Shown: positions 24,311 to 32,952 of the stretch, piece by piece
Numbering within the stretch: position 1 is the stretch's first letter
Layout of the letters: every line of letters begins with the position of its first letter
Source of the DNA: an uncultured delta proteobacterium
GTDB lineage: Bacteria > Myxococcota > UBA727 > VGSZ01
NCBI GenBank assembly: GCA_963775425.1
Contig: CAVZJB010000016.1
Location: 448,001-512,000, forward strand
Direction of reading: 5' to 3'
Length of the DNA: 64,000 nucleotides
The notes under the pieces: model-generated
Told to the model about the DNA's origin: nothing
The model's database searches: none
Seen by the model: the letters and a program-made list of their open reading frames with translations, nothing else
Program-made: the position numbers and the translations under genes

Positions 24311-25294
24311 GTGCCGGCCGCGGCGCGGATCGGGGTGCTCACGCCGCGCCGCCGCCGGCTCGCCCTCGGGATCCTCGCGCTCGCGTTACTCACTTCGATA
24401 GTCATGGGAGTATCAATCGGACCGGACGGCGCGTCCTCGCCGCTCGGCAATCCCCTGGCGGCGCTGCGGCTGTCGCGCGTGCTCCTGGCCGTCGTCGTCG
24501 GCGCGGGTCTGGCGGCCACCGGGGCGGCGCTGCAGGCGCTCATGAAGAACCCGCTCGCCGACCCCTACGTGCTCGGCGTCTCCGGGGGCGCGGCCATGGG
24601 CGGCGCGCTCGCCATCGCCGTCGGCGGCGCGGCCGGCCTCGGCCTGCACGCGTCGGCGGCGGGCGGCGCGCTCCTCGCGTCGGCGCTCCTGGCGTGGTTC
24701 CTCGCGCGCGACCGCGGCGGGCGCAGCGAGACCGCGCTCCTCGTCGGCGTCACGCTCAACGCCTTCTCCTGGGCGCTCGTGGCGGTGGTGCGCGCGGCGC
24801 TGCCGGCGGAGCGCACGCAGATCCTCTCGGTGTGGCTGGTGGGCACGGTGGGCTACCCCGCCGTCTCCGACCTCGTCATCGCCGCGGTCACCACCGTCGT
24901 CGGGCTCGCGCTGCTCGTGGTCGCCTCCGGGGACCTGGCGCTGATGCGCGCCGGCGAGGAGGAGGCCGCGCGGCTCGGCGTGAGCCTGCGGCGCGCGAAG
25001 CTCCTGTCGTACGGCGCGGCGAGCCTGCTCGTCGGCGTGGCCGTGAGCACGAGCGGCGTCATCGGCTTCATCGGGCTCATCGCGCCCCACGCGTGCAAGC
25101 TGGCGCTCGGCCGCGACGAGCGCCTCGTGGTCCCGGCGTCGGCGCTGGCGGGCGCGGTGGCGCTCGTGCTGTTCGATACGGCGGCGCGCGCGTCGTTCAC
25201 GCTGTTTTCGAGCGAGCTGCCCACGGGGGCGCTGACGGCGGTGGTGGGCGCGCCGCTGTTCGCGTTCGCTTTGTGGCGGAAGGTGCGCCGATGA
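24311..25294 (+). CDS. btuC: FecCD/BtuC-family ABC permease
   Basis: LRLSRVLLA, QALMKNPLADPYVLGVSGGA, GEEEAARLG, GVIGFIGLIAPH, ELPTGALTAVVGAPLF. Confidence 0.9.
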   Translation: MPAAARIGVLTPRRRRLALGILALALLTSIVMGVSIGPDGASSPLGNPLAALRLSRVLLAVVVGAGLAATGAALQALMKNPLADPYVLGVSGGAAMGGALAIAVGGAAGLGLHASAAGGALLASALLAWFLARDRGGRSETALLVGVTLNAFSWALVAVVRAALPAERTQILSVWLVGTVGYPAVSDLVIAAVTTVVGLALLVVASGDLALMRAGEEEAARLGVSLRRAKLLSYGAASLLVGVAVSTSGVIGFIGLIAPHACKLALGRDERLVVPASALAGAVALVLFDTAARASFTLFSSELPTGALTAVVGAPLFAFALWRKVRR

Positions 25295-26061
25295 GCTTGA
25301 GCGCGCTCGGCGTGTCTGTCGGCTCGCGCCTCGTCGACGTGACGCTGACGTTCGTCCCGGGCACGCTCACGGTGGTGGTCGGCGAAAACGGCGCCGGCAA
25401 GTCCACGCTCCTCGACGTGCTCTCGGGCGTCCTCGCGCCGAAGAGCGGCGCCGTCCGCCTCACCGACGCGTCGGCGCGCGAGCTCGACGTCGCCGCCCTC
25501 GCCCCCCGCGATCGCGCCCGCCGGATCGCGAGCCTCGGGCAGCGCCCCGTCGACGTCGACGACATCACGGCCGCGGAGCGTATCGCCCACGGCCTGGCGC
25601 CGCGCCGCGGGAGCCACGCCCTCGTCGACGGCGCGGCGCGCGCGCGCATCGAGGCGGCCGCCGGGGCGCTCGGCGTCGCGCCGCTCCTCGGTCGAGCGCT
25701 GGGGACGCTGTCGAGCGGCGAGCGGCGGCGCGTGGAGGTGGCGCGCGCGCTCGTCGACGACGAGGCCCCGGTGCTGATCGTGGACGAGCCCCACGCCGGC
25801 GTCGACGTGCGGCACCAGGGGCTCGTCTCGCGCGCGCTGGTCGCCCGGGCGCGCGCCGGCGCCACGGTCGTCGCGAGCGTGCACGAGCTCGGCGCTGCGG
25901 CGTTCGCGGACCGGCTCGTCGGCCTGCGCGACGGCCGCGTCGTCGTCGACGGCGCGCCCGACGACGCCCTGAGCGCCGCGTCCGTGGACGCCCTGTACGG
26001 CGTGAGCGGCGCGGTGGTCGTCCGCGAAAGCGGCGCCGTCGCCGTCCTGATGCCGCGTTGA
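25291..26061 (+). CDS. btuD: BtuD-like ABC ATPase
   Basis: Walker A GENGAGKST, signature LSSGERRRV, Walker B IVDEP. Confidence 0.88.
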   Translation: MSLSALGVSVGSRLVDVTLTFVPGTLTVVVGENGAGKSTLLDVLSGVLAPKSGAVRLTDASARELDVAALAPRDRARRIASLGQRPVDVDDITAAERIAHGLAPRRGSHALVDGAARARIEAAAGALGVAPLLGRALGTLSSGERRRVEVARALVDDEAPVLIVDEPHAGVDVRHQGLVSRALVARARAGATVVASVHELGAAAFADRLVGLRDGRVVVDGAPDDALSAASVDALYGVSGAVVVRESGAVAVLMPR

Positions 26062-26082
26062 GCCCCTCGGCGCGCGCCACCG

Positions 26083-26396
26083 CCCTCCCCGTGACCGCGC
26101 GCTCACCTCCAAGCGCCCACCGTCGACGTCCACGTCGACGTCGTGCCGCCTTCGAGGGGCTTCGCCGCCGTCGCCCTTGTCGCCGGTGCGTCGAGGCGCG
26201 CCGTCGCCCTTGTCGCCGGTATGTGAGGCGGGCCGTCGCCCTTGGCGGCGAGCGGCGGCGCCGTCGTCGCGGGTGCCTGCGTCGAAGGAGCCGTCGCCTC
26301 GTCGTCGTGCCCCTTGGGGGCCGGCGCCGCCGACGCGCACCACACGCCTCACGGGCCTCTCCGTGACCGCGCGCGCGCGCCGCACGCGCTTGCCGT
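26083..26396. repeat. Intergenic repeat cluster, with copies of a motif also at 1647-1687 and three GCCGTCGCCCTTG copies
   Basis: 26356-26396 matches 1647-1687 at 37/41; 26083-26100 matches 1646-1663 at 18/18; local approx. 33-bp tandem duplication at 26165-26244. Confidence 0.7.
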
Positions 26397-26535
26397 GCCC
26401 GCCACGCTCTCGCCGTTCGACGTCGCCGCCCTGCCACCTTCGAGCGGGCGGCGGCATGGCCGACCGCGCGCGACGCGCCCCCGAGCTCGCACGCGAGAAA
26501 TCGCGCCCGGCCGGCCGGCCCGGTACGATTTGTCC

Positions 26536-27549
26536 ATGGGGAAGGCAAACGCACCGAAGACCCGCGCGGTGCGAGCAAAAAAGCCGAGCGCGCCGGCGTC
26601 GAACGCGCGCGCGCCGAAGGCCAAGGCGAGCACGGCGAGGGCGAAGGCGCCCAAGGCGAGCGCGCCCAAGGCGAGCGCGAAGGCGAAGGCGCCCAGGACG
26701 AGGCCGAAGACGACGAGCGCGGCCAAGCCGAAGACAATCGCGGCGAGGGCGAAGGCGCCCAGGACGAAGGCGGCGACGAGCGCGGCGAAGGCGAACGCGC
26801 GCAAGGCGAAGGCGGGCAAGGCGAGGGCGGGCAAGACGAGCGCGGCGACGACGGAGGCCGCCCCCGCGGACGCGCCTCGCCCGGGGACCTCATCCGGGCC
26901 GCGCCCGCGGGCGGCGACGACGAGAGCCGCGCCCGACCGCGGCGCGAGGAGCCACGCGCCGCTGCCGATGCGCGCGCACCCGCCCGCGCGCGGCGTGCGC
27001 GTCCTGCGCACCGGCCTGCGCGCGCTCGTGCCGAGCACGTACCGCGCGGAGGGAGAGACCGATGCGTTCCTCAAGAGCTACAAGGAGAAGTGGCTCTCGC
27101 GCCTCGACTTCAACAGCGCCGAGAACGTGCACTCGCTGCTCATGCTCGGCTTCCTCGTCCTCGCGCTCGGCCGCGAGGGGGAAGCCGAGGCCATCGCCAC
27201 CCGCATCATCCAGCACGTCGACGTCGTCAACGCCGGCGTCGAGATGAGGAACACCGTAGCGTCCGCGCACCGCCTCGCGGCGTGGCTCAAGGCGAAGCGC
27301 GGCGTGAACGCGCAGCCGCTCCTCGCGCGCGCCGCCGTCCTCGGCACGCTCTCCGCGCACCAGGATCGCACGTGGCTCTCCAACGAGGCCGCCGCCGAGA
27401 TCGACGACGCCGTCGCCCGCCACAAGATGAGCTACCTCGCCTACCCCCTCGCCGGCATCGTTCGATGGATCAACGCCCCCGCCGCGCGGCACAAGGCCGA
27501 GGCGCTCCTCGACACCGCCCTCGAGGCCCTGCGGAGCATGATGCGATAG
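26536..27549 (+). CDS. Protein with a histone H1-like Lys/Ala/Pro-rich N-terminus and a helical C-domain
   Basis: ATG 26536; AKAPKASAPKASAKAKAP repeats over about 110 aa; C-domain LDFNSAENVHSLLMLGFLVLALGREGEAEAIA (from memory, weakly like DUF6707). Confidence 0.75.
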   Translation: MGKANAPKTRAVRAKKPSAPASNARAPKAKASTARAKAPKASAPKASAKAKAPRTRPKTTSAAKPKTIAARAKAPRTKAATSAAKANARKAKAGKARAGKTSAATTEAAPADAPRPGTSSGPRPRAATTRAAPDRGARSHAPLPMRAHPPARGVRVLRTGLRALVPSTYRAEGETDAFLKSYKEKWLSRLDFNSAENVHSLLMLGFLVLALGREGEAEAIATRIIQHVDVVNAGVEMRNTVASAHRLAAWLKAKRGVNAQPLLARAAVLGTLSAHQDRTWLSNEAAAEIDDAVARHKMSYLAYPLAGIVRWINAPAARHKAEALLDTALEALRSMMR

Positions 27550-28050
27550 CTGGCACGCGTCTTGGTGTCCTCCGCGCGCCCACCGGAGGAATCACATGGA
27601 CATCGATATCGGACTCGCCGAAGTCTCGCACCTCGTCGCCGCCGCGCGGAGTACGTGGCGAGGCACGTCGGCGTGCAAGAGCCGCTGCAGGTTGTGAGGA
27701 AACGGCGGGTCCGAGCGGTGTTGTGATCCGGCTATCGGCGCACGTGGCGGCTTCGTGCGATCACGCGTCGATCAGGCGAGCCGGGTGCTCGGGGCCGATG
27801 AGGTCGGCATGGGTCTTCAGCTCAACCTTCGCCACCGCCGGAGCGGAAAGGAGCCGAGAGCTCGGCGCCCCGGCGCTCAACTCGGCGCGCATCTTCGTCG
27901 CCGAGCTCGGAGCTCCTTTCCGCTCCGCCGTGTGCCCGTAGCACCGTCCCCTTCCGGGTGGCTCGGATCAACGGTCCATCGGGCCAGCCCTCGTCGCTCT
28001 TGATCCCGATGGATCACGTCAGCCTCTCAGCCCTGGGCGCTCCCGGGGCG

Positions 28051-29058
28051 TCAGGCGTTCTCGGCCTTCAGCTTGCGCCCCATGAGCCCGTAGACCTCCT
28101 CGCGCGGATCGGTCCCCGCGAAGAGCAGCCGGTGCACCGCCGCCGCGATGGGCATCTCGATGCCCTCGCGCTCGGCGAGCGCGTTCACCGAGCGCGCGGT
28201 GTTCACGCCCTCGGCCACCTCGCCGAGGGCCTTGAGGATGTCGTCGAGCTTCTTGCCCTGCCCGAGCTGCACGCCGACGGTGCGGTTGCGCGAGAGGTTG
28301 CCGGTGCACGTGAGCACGAGGTCGCCCATGCCCGCGAGCCCCGCCATCGTCAGCGGGCGCGCGCCCATCTTGGTCGCCAGCCGCGTCATCTCCGCCAGGC
28401 CGCGGGTGATGAGGGCGGCGTTGGTGTTGGCGCCGAAGCCGAGGCCGTCGGCGGCGCCGGCGGCGATGGCGATGACGTTCTTCAACGCGCCGCCGAGCTC
28501 TACGCCGTTGACGTCGGTGGTGGTGTACGCGCGGAAGTAGTCGGTGGAGATGATCCCCTGCACGTGCTCCGCCACCGCCTCCTCCGCGGCCGCGATGGTC
28601 ACCGCCGTGGGCAGCCGGCGCGCCATCTCCGCCGCGAAGCTCGGCCCCGAGAGGTAGCAGAGCCGGCCGCGCAGCTTCTCCGGCACCGACGACGACAAGA
28701 TGTCGCTCACGAGCTTCAGGGACCCGCTCTCGATGCCCTTGGTGGCGCTCATCACGTAGGCGCCGTCATCGAGACAGGGGCCGGCCTCGGCCCAGACCTC
28801 GCGCACCGCCACCGTGGGCATGGCGCTCACGACGAGCCCCGCGCCGCGCACCGCCTCCTTGACGTCGGTGAGCGCCTTGAGGCCCGGCGGCAGGCGTACG
28901 CCCTTCAAGCGCCGCGGGTGGACGTGGTCGTCGTTGATGGCCTTGACCACCGCAGCATCGCGCGCGCACAGCCGCACCACGTGCCCGCCCTCGGCCAGGA
29001 GCTTCGCGAGCGCGGTGCCGAACGAGCCCGCCCCCAACACCGCAACCGTCTCGCTCAT
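28051..29058 (-). CDS. gpsA: NAD(P)H-dependent glycerol-3-phosphate dehydrogenase
   Basis: VLGAGSFGTALA, ATKGIE, LSGPSFA, GVELGGALKNVIAIAAG, GDLVLTCTGNLSRNR. Confidence 0.97.
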   Translation of the reverse strand: MSETVAVLGAGSFGTALAKLLAEGGHVVRLCARDAAVVKAINDDHVHPRRLKGVRLPPGLKALTDVKEAVRGAGLVVSAMPTVAVREVWAEAGPCLDDGAYVMSATKGIESGSLKLVSDILSSSVPEKLRGRLCYLSGPSFAAEMARRLPTAVTIAAAEEAVAEHVQGIISTDYFRAYTTTDVNGVELGGALKNVIAIAAGAADGLGFGANTNAALITRGLAEMTRLATKMGARPLTMAGLAGMGDLVLTCTGNLSRNRTVGVQLGQGKKLDDILKALGEVAEGVNTARSVNALAEREGIEMPIAAAVHRLLFAGTDPREEVYGLMGRKLKAENA

Positions 29059-29089
29059 CATCCACCTCTCAAGCTAGCGTCGGTGCACG

Positions 29090-30409
29090 ATGGCGGACCC
29101 CTCCACCGACGGTCAAGACGCGCTGCGCCTCCTCGCGCGCGCCACCCGCGCGCTCGTCGAAGAGGGCCGGCTGTCGCTCGAGGGGCTGCTGCCCGCGTAC
29201 CGCGCGCTCGCGCCGCCCACCCACGCCGGCGCGCGCGCGGACGCCGTCGACGTCGACTTCATCAGGCGCTGCCGCGCCCTGGGGGGCGACGCCCTCCTGC
29301 GCGCGCGCACGATCGTCGTCGAGGAGGGCCCCGCCCGCTCGACGTTGCGCGTGACCGCGGCCGCGGCGCGTGGCGCGAGCGGCGACGTCGCGTTCGTGGC
29401 GCCCGCCGGCGACGCTGCCCCGGGCGACGCGCTCCTCCTCGCGCTCGGCCTCTCCCTCGAGGCCGCCAAGCTCGCGCACGGCCTCAAGCCCCCGGCGGAC
29501 GCGCTCCGCGCTTCGTTCGCCACCCCCAACGACGCCCGCGCCGCCGTCGCGGCGCTCGAGTGGGGCGGCGCCGCGCGCGAGCTCGCGCTTGCCCCTGCGC
29601 GGCCGCGCGTCGACCCGCGCGCCGTCGCCCTGCACGCCGGCGATCGCCCCGTCTACGTCGTGTGCGGCGCCGGCGCGCTCCGTGTCCACGACCTGCTGTC
29701 GCCGTACGCCCGGCGGCTCCGCGCCGAGCTCGGCGCGCTCGGCAGGTCTCTGCGCGACGCCGGCGGCCGCGCCGACGACGACGACGTCTACGCCGGCGCC
29801 GCCGCCCTCCTCGCCGACGACGAGGTGTGCGCCGAGCGGCTCGAGGCGGAGCGCGGCGAGGGCTTCCTGCCCGCCGGCGAGGGCGCGCTGGTCATCCGCT
29901 GCGAGGCCGTGCCCGACGACGTCGACCGCCGCTGCCGCGAGGCGGCGGTGGCCCTCAAGCGCGCCCGAGCGGCCATCGTCGTCGTCGAGCCCTCCGCAGC
30001 GTCGCTGGCGGCGGCGCTCGAAGGCGCCGGCGCCTCGTGCCGCGCGGTCGCGCTGATCCACGAGGCCGACCGTGCCTGTGTCCCACGCTTCGTGCGCGAG
30101 TGCGCGTCAGGCCACGTCGTGCTCGTGGAAAACGCGCTGCAGTCCGAGGGGACGCTCACGACGCTGCCCTCTTTGGGCCTGGCCGCCGGCGACGGCGACG
30201 GGGCCCGCGACGCCGGGGCGTTCTTCCTCGTGCAGGCGGCGCTGCAGGCACAAGCGGGCGGCGCGCTCTCCGGCGACGCCCGCGTCGCGCTGAAGACGTA
30301 CGCGGCCGGAGACGTCCAGGGGATGTCACGCGCCTGTCTCGACGTGCTCTCGCGGTTAGGACCAAAAAGAGGCAAACCCACCGCGGCCGCTCCGTTCAGC
30401 CGCAAATAG
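29090..30409 (+). CDS. Hypothetical protein (439 aa)
   Basis: Long Ala-rich ORF divergent from gpsA; RPVYVV...VHDLLSPYARR is faintly DUF6909-like (unverified). Confidence 0.6.
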   Translation: MADPSTDGQDALRLLARATRALVEEGRLSLEGLLPAYRALAPPTHAGARADAVDVDFIRRCRALGGDALLRARTIVVEEGPARSTLRVTAAAARGASGDVAFVAPAGDAAPGDALLLALGLSLEAAKLAHGLKPPADALRASFATPNDARAAVAALEWGGAARELALAPARPRVDPRAVALHAGDRPVYVVCGAGALRVHDLLSPYARRLRAELGALGRSLRDAGGRADDDDVYAGAAALLADDEVCAERLEAERGEGFLPAGEGALVIRCEAVPDDVDRRCREAAVALKRARAAIVVVEPSAASLAAALEGAGASCRAVALIHEADRACVPRFVRECASGHVVLVENALQSEGTLTTLPSLGLAAGDGDGARDAGAFFLVQAALQAQAGGALSGDARVALKTYAAGDVQGMSRACLDVLSRLGPKRGKPTAAAPFSRK

Positions 30410-30436
30410 GCCCGCTCAACGAGGAGAAGGACTGTC

Positions 30437-31222
30437 ATGCGCATGCTCGCCGTCGCCGCCGTCGTGCTCGGCACCCAGACCGCCTGCGCCTCCCTCGGGC
30501 TCGGGCGCGCCGCCGCCGACGTGCTGCTGCCCGTCCCCCAGGAGAACAAGCTCGGCAAGACGCTCGCCGCCGAGGTGGAGAAGAAAGAGAAGCTGCACCC
30601 GAACAAACAGTTGCAGGCCTACGTCGCCGCCGTCGGCGCAAAGGTCGCCCGCAAGGCGCGCGACACGCCCAAGGGCATCACCTACACGTTCAAGGTCATC
30701 GACGACGACAAGACCGTGAACGCCTTCGCCCTGCCCGGCGGGCACATCTACGTCTACAGCGGCCTGTTGGCGATGCTCGACGACGAGGCCGAGCTCGCCG
30801 ACGTCCTCGGGCACGAGATCGCCCACGTCACCCAGCGGCACGTGGCGCAGAAGTTGGTCGCCCAGTACGGCATCGAGACCGTGCTCGGCCTCGCGCTCGG
30901 AAAGAACCCCAACGCGCTCGCGCAGATCGTCAGTCAGCTCGTGGAGGGCGGCGCCCTGTTGCGCTTCACCCACGCCGAGGAGGAGCAGGCCGACGAGCAT
31001 GGCCTGCCCTACGCCGTCGCCGCCGGCTACGACCCCAACGGCCTCGTGCGCTTCTTCCAGAAGCTCGTCAAGGGCGAGGGGCCCAAGATGCTCACCTACC
31101 TCTCCGACCACCCCCTGCCGAGCGAGCGCATCGTGGCCGCCAAGGCGCGCATCGCGAAGATGCGCAACCCGCCGAAGACCACCAACGCCGCCAAGTACCA
31201 GCAGATGAAGCGGCTCATCTAG
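30437..31222 (+). CDS. M48-family metalloprotease, probable lipoprotein
   Basis: VNAFALPGG, HEIAH zinc motif, EEQAD, YLSDHP; GAGGAG RBS. Confidence 0.93.
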   Translation: MRMLAVAAVVLGTQTACASLGLGRAAADVLLPVPQENKLGKTLAAEVEKKEKLHPNKQLQAYVAAVGAKVARKARDTPKGITYTFKVIDDDKTVNAFALPGGHIYVYSGLLAMLDDEAELADVLGHEIAHVTQRHVAQKLVAQYGIETVLGLALGKNPNALAQIVSQLVEGGALLRFTHAEEEQADEHGLPYAVAAGYDPNGLVRFFQKLVKGEGPKMLTYLSDHPLPSERIVAAKARIAKMRNPPKTTNAAKYQQMKRLI

Positions 31223-31300
31223 AGACGCTCCGCGCGGCGCCGGGCCGGCACCGACGGCGGCACGCGCGGGCGTGTGGTACGGTCCCCTCGTGGAGGAAGC

Positions 31301-32179
31301 ATGAAATTGCGCCTTGCCTTCGTTGTGGTGTGTCTGCCTCTCGCCGGTTGTGACCTCATCACGTCGTGGTTCGAGCAGTCCGTCGATCTGCCCGTCACCC
31401 TCACCTCGCCACCGCAGGACTTCAGCGTCACCGACGCCGTCGACAGCGCCCAGGGCGAGGCTTGCACCACCGCCGACTCGGCCGGGTGCAAGGCGCTCAC
31501 CGCGATCTGCCAGACCGACGCCGGGGCCACCTGTCCCGACGACGGCATGCCCGCCGAGTTCCCGGGGCAAATCACGGTCGACGGCAACACCGTCGACGCC
31601 AACCAGCTCATGGGCGACATGGGCGTCACCAAGGCCACCGAGCTCAAGATCGGCCTGCCCGTCGACGTCGGCGCCGCGCTCGCGGACCAGGGCGTGCAGT
31701 CGCCCGACGCCATCCAGAACGTGAAGATCGCGGACGTGACGATGCAGTGGCCGAAGAACTCGCTCACCTTCGACGCGCCGCCGCTCGATCTCTACGTCAC
31801 CACCGACGACGTCGGCCCCGCGGACGCCATCGACGCCGACGCGCTCATCGCGGACGGCACCGTGAAGAAGGTCGGCACCGTGGGCATCGACCTCGACGGC
31901 GACGGCGTCTTCGACGTCGGCCAGCGGGCCGGCTCCACCGACGACGTCCCGCTCTCGTTCGTCGACGGTGGCGAGGATCTGCTCACGAGCGCCGTCACCG
32001 GCGCCAAGTTCACGGTGGTCACCGCCGTCCCCGACGGCAAAGGCATGAAGCTCGCGACCAAGCAGGGCGACCCCGCCACGGTGCTCAAGCCCACCGGCGA
32101 CGGCAGCGTCGCGCTCTCCGTGACGCTCACCTACACCGTGAGCGCCGCCGACATCGTGGGCGCCGCCACCGGCAACTGA
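31301..32179 (+). CDS. Hypothetical lipoprotein
   Basis: GGAGG RBS, lipobox PLAGC, DLDGDG motif. Confidence 0.8.
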   Translation: MKLRLAFVVVCLPLAGCDLITSWFEQSVDLPVTLTSPPQDFSVTDAVDSAQGEACTTADSAGCKALTAICQTDAGATCPDDGMPAEFPGQITVDGNTVDANQLMGDMGVTKATELKIGLPVDVGAALADQGVQSPDAIQNVKIADVTMQWPKNSLTFDAPPLDLYVTTDDVGPADAIDADALIADGTVKKVGTVGIDLDGDGVFDVGQRAGSTDDVPLSFVDGGEDLLTSAVTGAKFTVVTAVPDGKGMKLATKQGDPATVLKPTGDGSVALSVTLTYTVSAADIVGAATGN

Positions 32180-32204
32180 CGCGCCTGCTCGTGGGCGCGC
32201 GCCT

Positions 32205-32915
32205 CTACGCCGGTGGCGCGGGGGCGCGCGCGCCGGCCTCGAGGCCCGAGTCGCTCAGGCCGTTGCTGTCGAGGTGCAGCCGGCGGCGGAAGCGCTCCGC
32301 GAGCCGCGGGTTGTGCGTGACCACGAGCGCGGTGATGCCGCGCTCCTTGTTGAGGCGCTCGATGATCTCGTGGATGCCGGCGCCGGTGTTCTCGTCGAGG
32401 TTGCCGGTGGGCTCGTCGGCGAGGAGCACCTTGGGCTCGTTCATCAACGCCCGCGCGAGAGCCACGCGCTGCTGCTCGCCACCGGACAGCTCGCCGGGGC
32501 GGTGCTCGAGCCGGTGCGCGAGCCCCACCTCGGCCAGGAGCTCCTTGGCGCGCTTCTCCGCCACCGACACGGGGATCCGCTGGACGCGCGCCGGCATCAT
32601 GGTGTTGTCGAGCGCGGAGAACTCCGGAAGCAGGTGGTGGAACTGGAAGACGAAGCCGATGTAGCGGTTGCGGAACCGCGCGACGGCCGCCGGCGGCTGC
32701 GTCCAGATGTCCCTGTCGTCGTAGATGACGTTTCCGCCCGAGGGCACGTCGAGGGTGCCGAGCACGTGCAGCAGCGTGGACTTGCCCACGCCCGACGGCC
32801 CCGTCAGCGACACGTACTCGCCGCTCTCAATGACGACGTCGATGTCGCGCAACACGGGGATCTCGTTTTCCCCGAGCCAATAGCTCTTCGACAGACGCTT
32901 GATCTCGATCTTCAT
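32205..32915 (-). CDS. lolD: Lipoprotein-releasing ABC ATPase LolD
   Basis: [49 protein letters not shown]; directly follows lolC/E. Confidence 0.92.
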   Translation of the reverse strand: MKIEIKRLSKSYWLGENEIPVLRDIDVVIESGEYVSLTGPSGVGKSTLLHVLGTLDVPSGGNVIYDDRDIWTQPPAAVARFRNRYIGFVFQFHHLLPEFSALDNTMMPARVQRIPVSVAEKRAKELLAEVGLAHRLEHRPGELSGGEQQRVALARALMNEPKVLLADEPTGNLDENTGAGIHEIIERLNKERGITALVVTHNPRLAERFRRRLHLDSNGLSDSGLEAGARAPAPPA

Positions 32916-32952
32916 GGCGCCCTGCCGGCGTCGAGGGGGGTCGTCGTCGGAG

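Noticed and set aside
27596-27940. Small ORF MDIDIGLAEV... with a GGAGGA RBS and nearby CCGAGCTCGG palindromes
   Set aside because: It ends after about 33 codons, has atypical codon usage and no recognisable family. It may be a decayed gene but cannot be supported.
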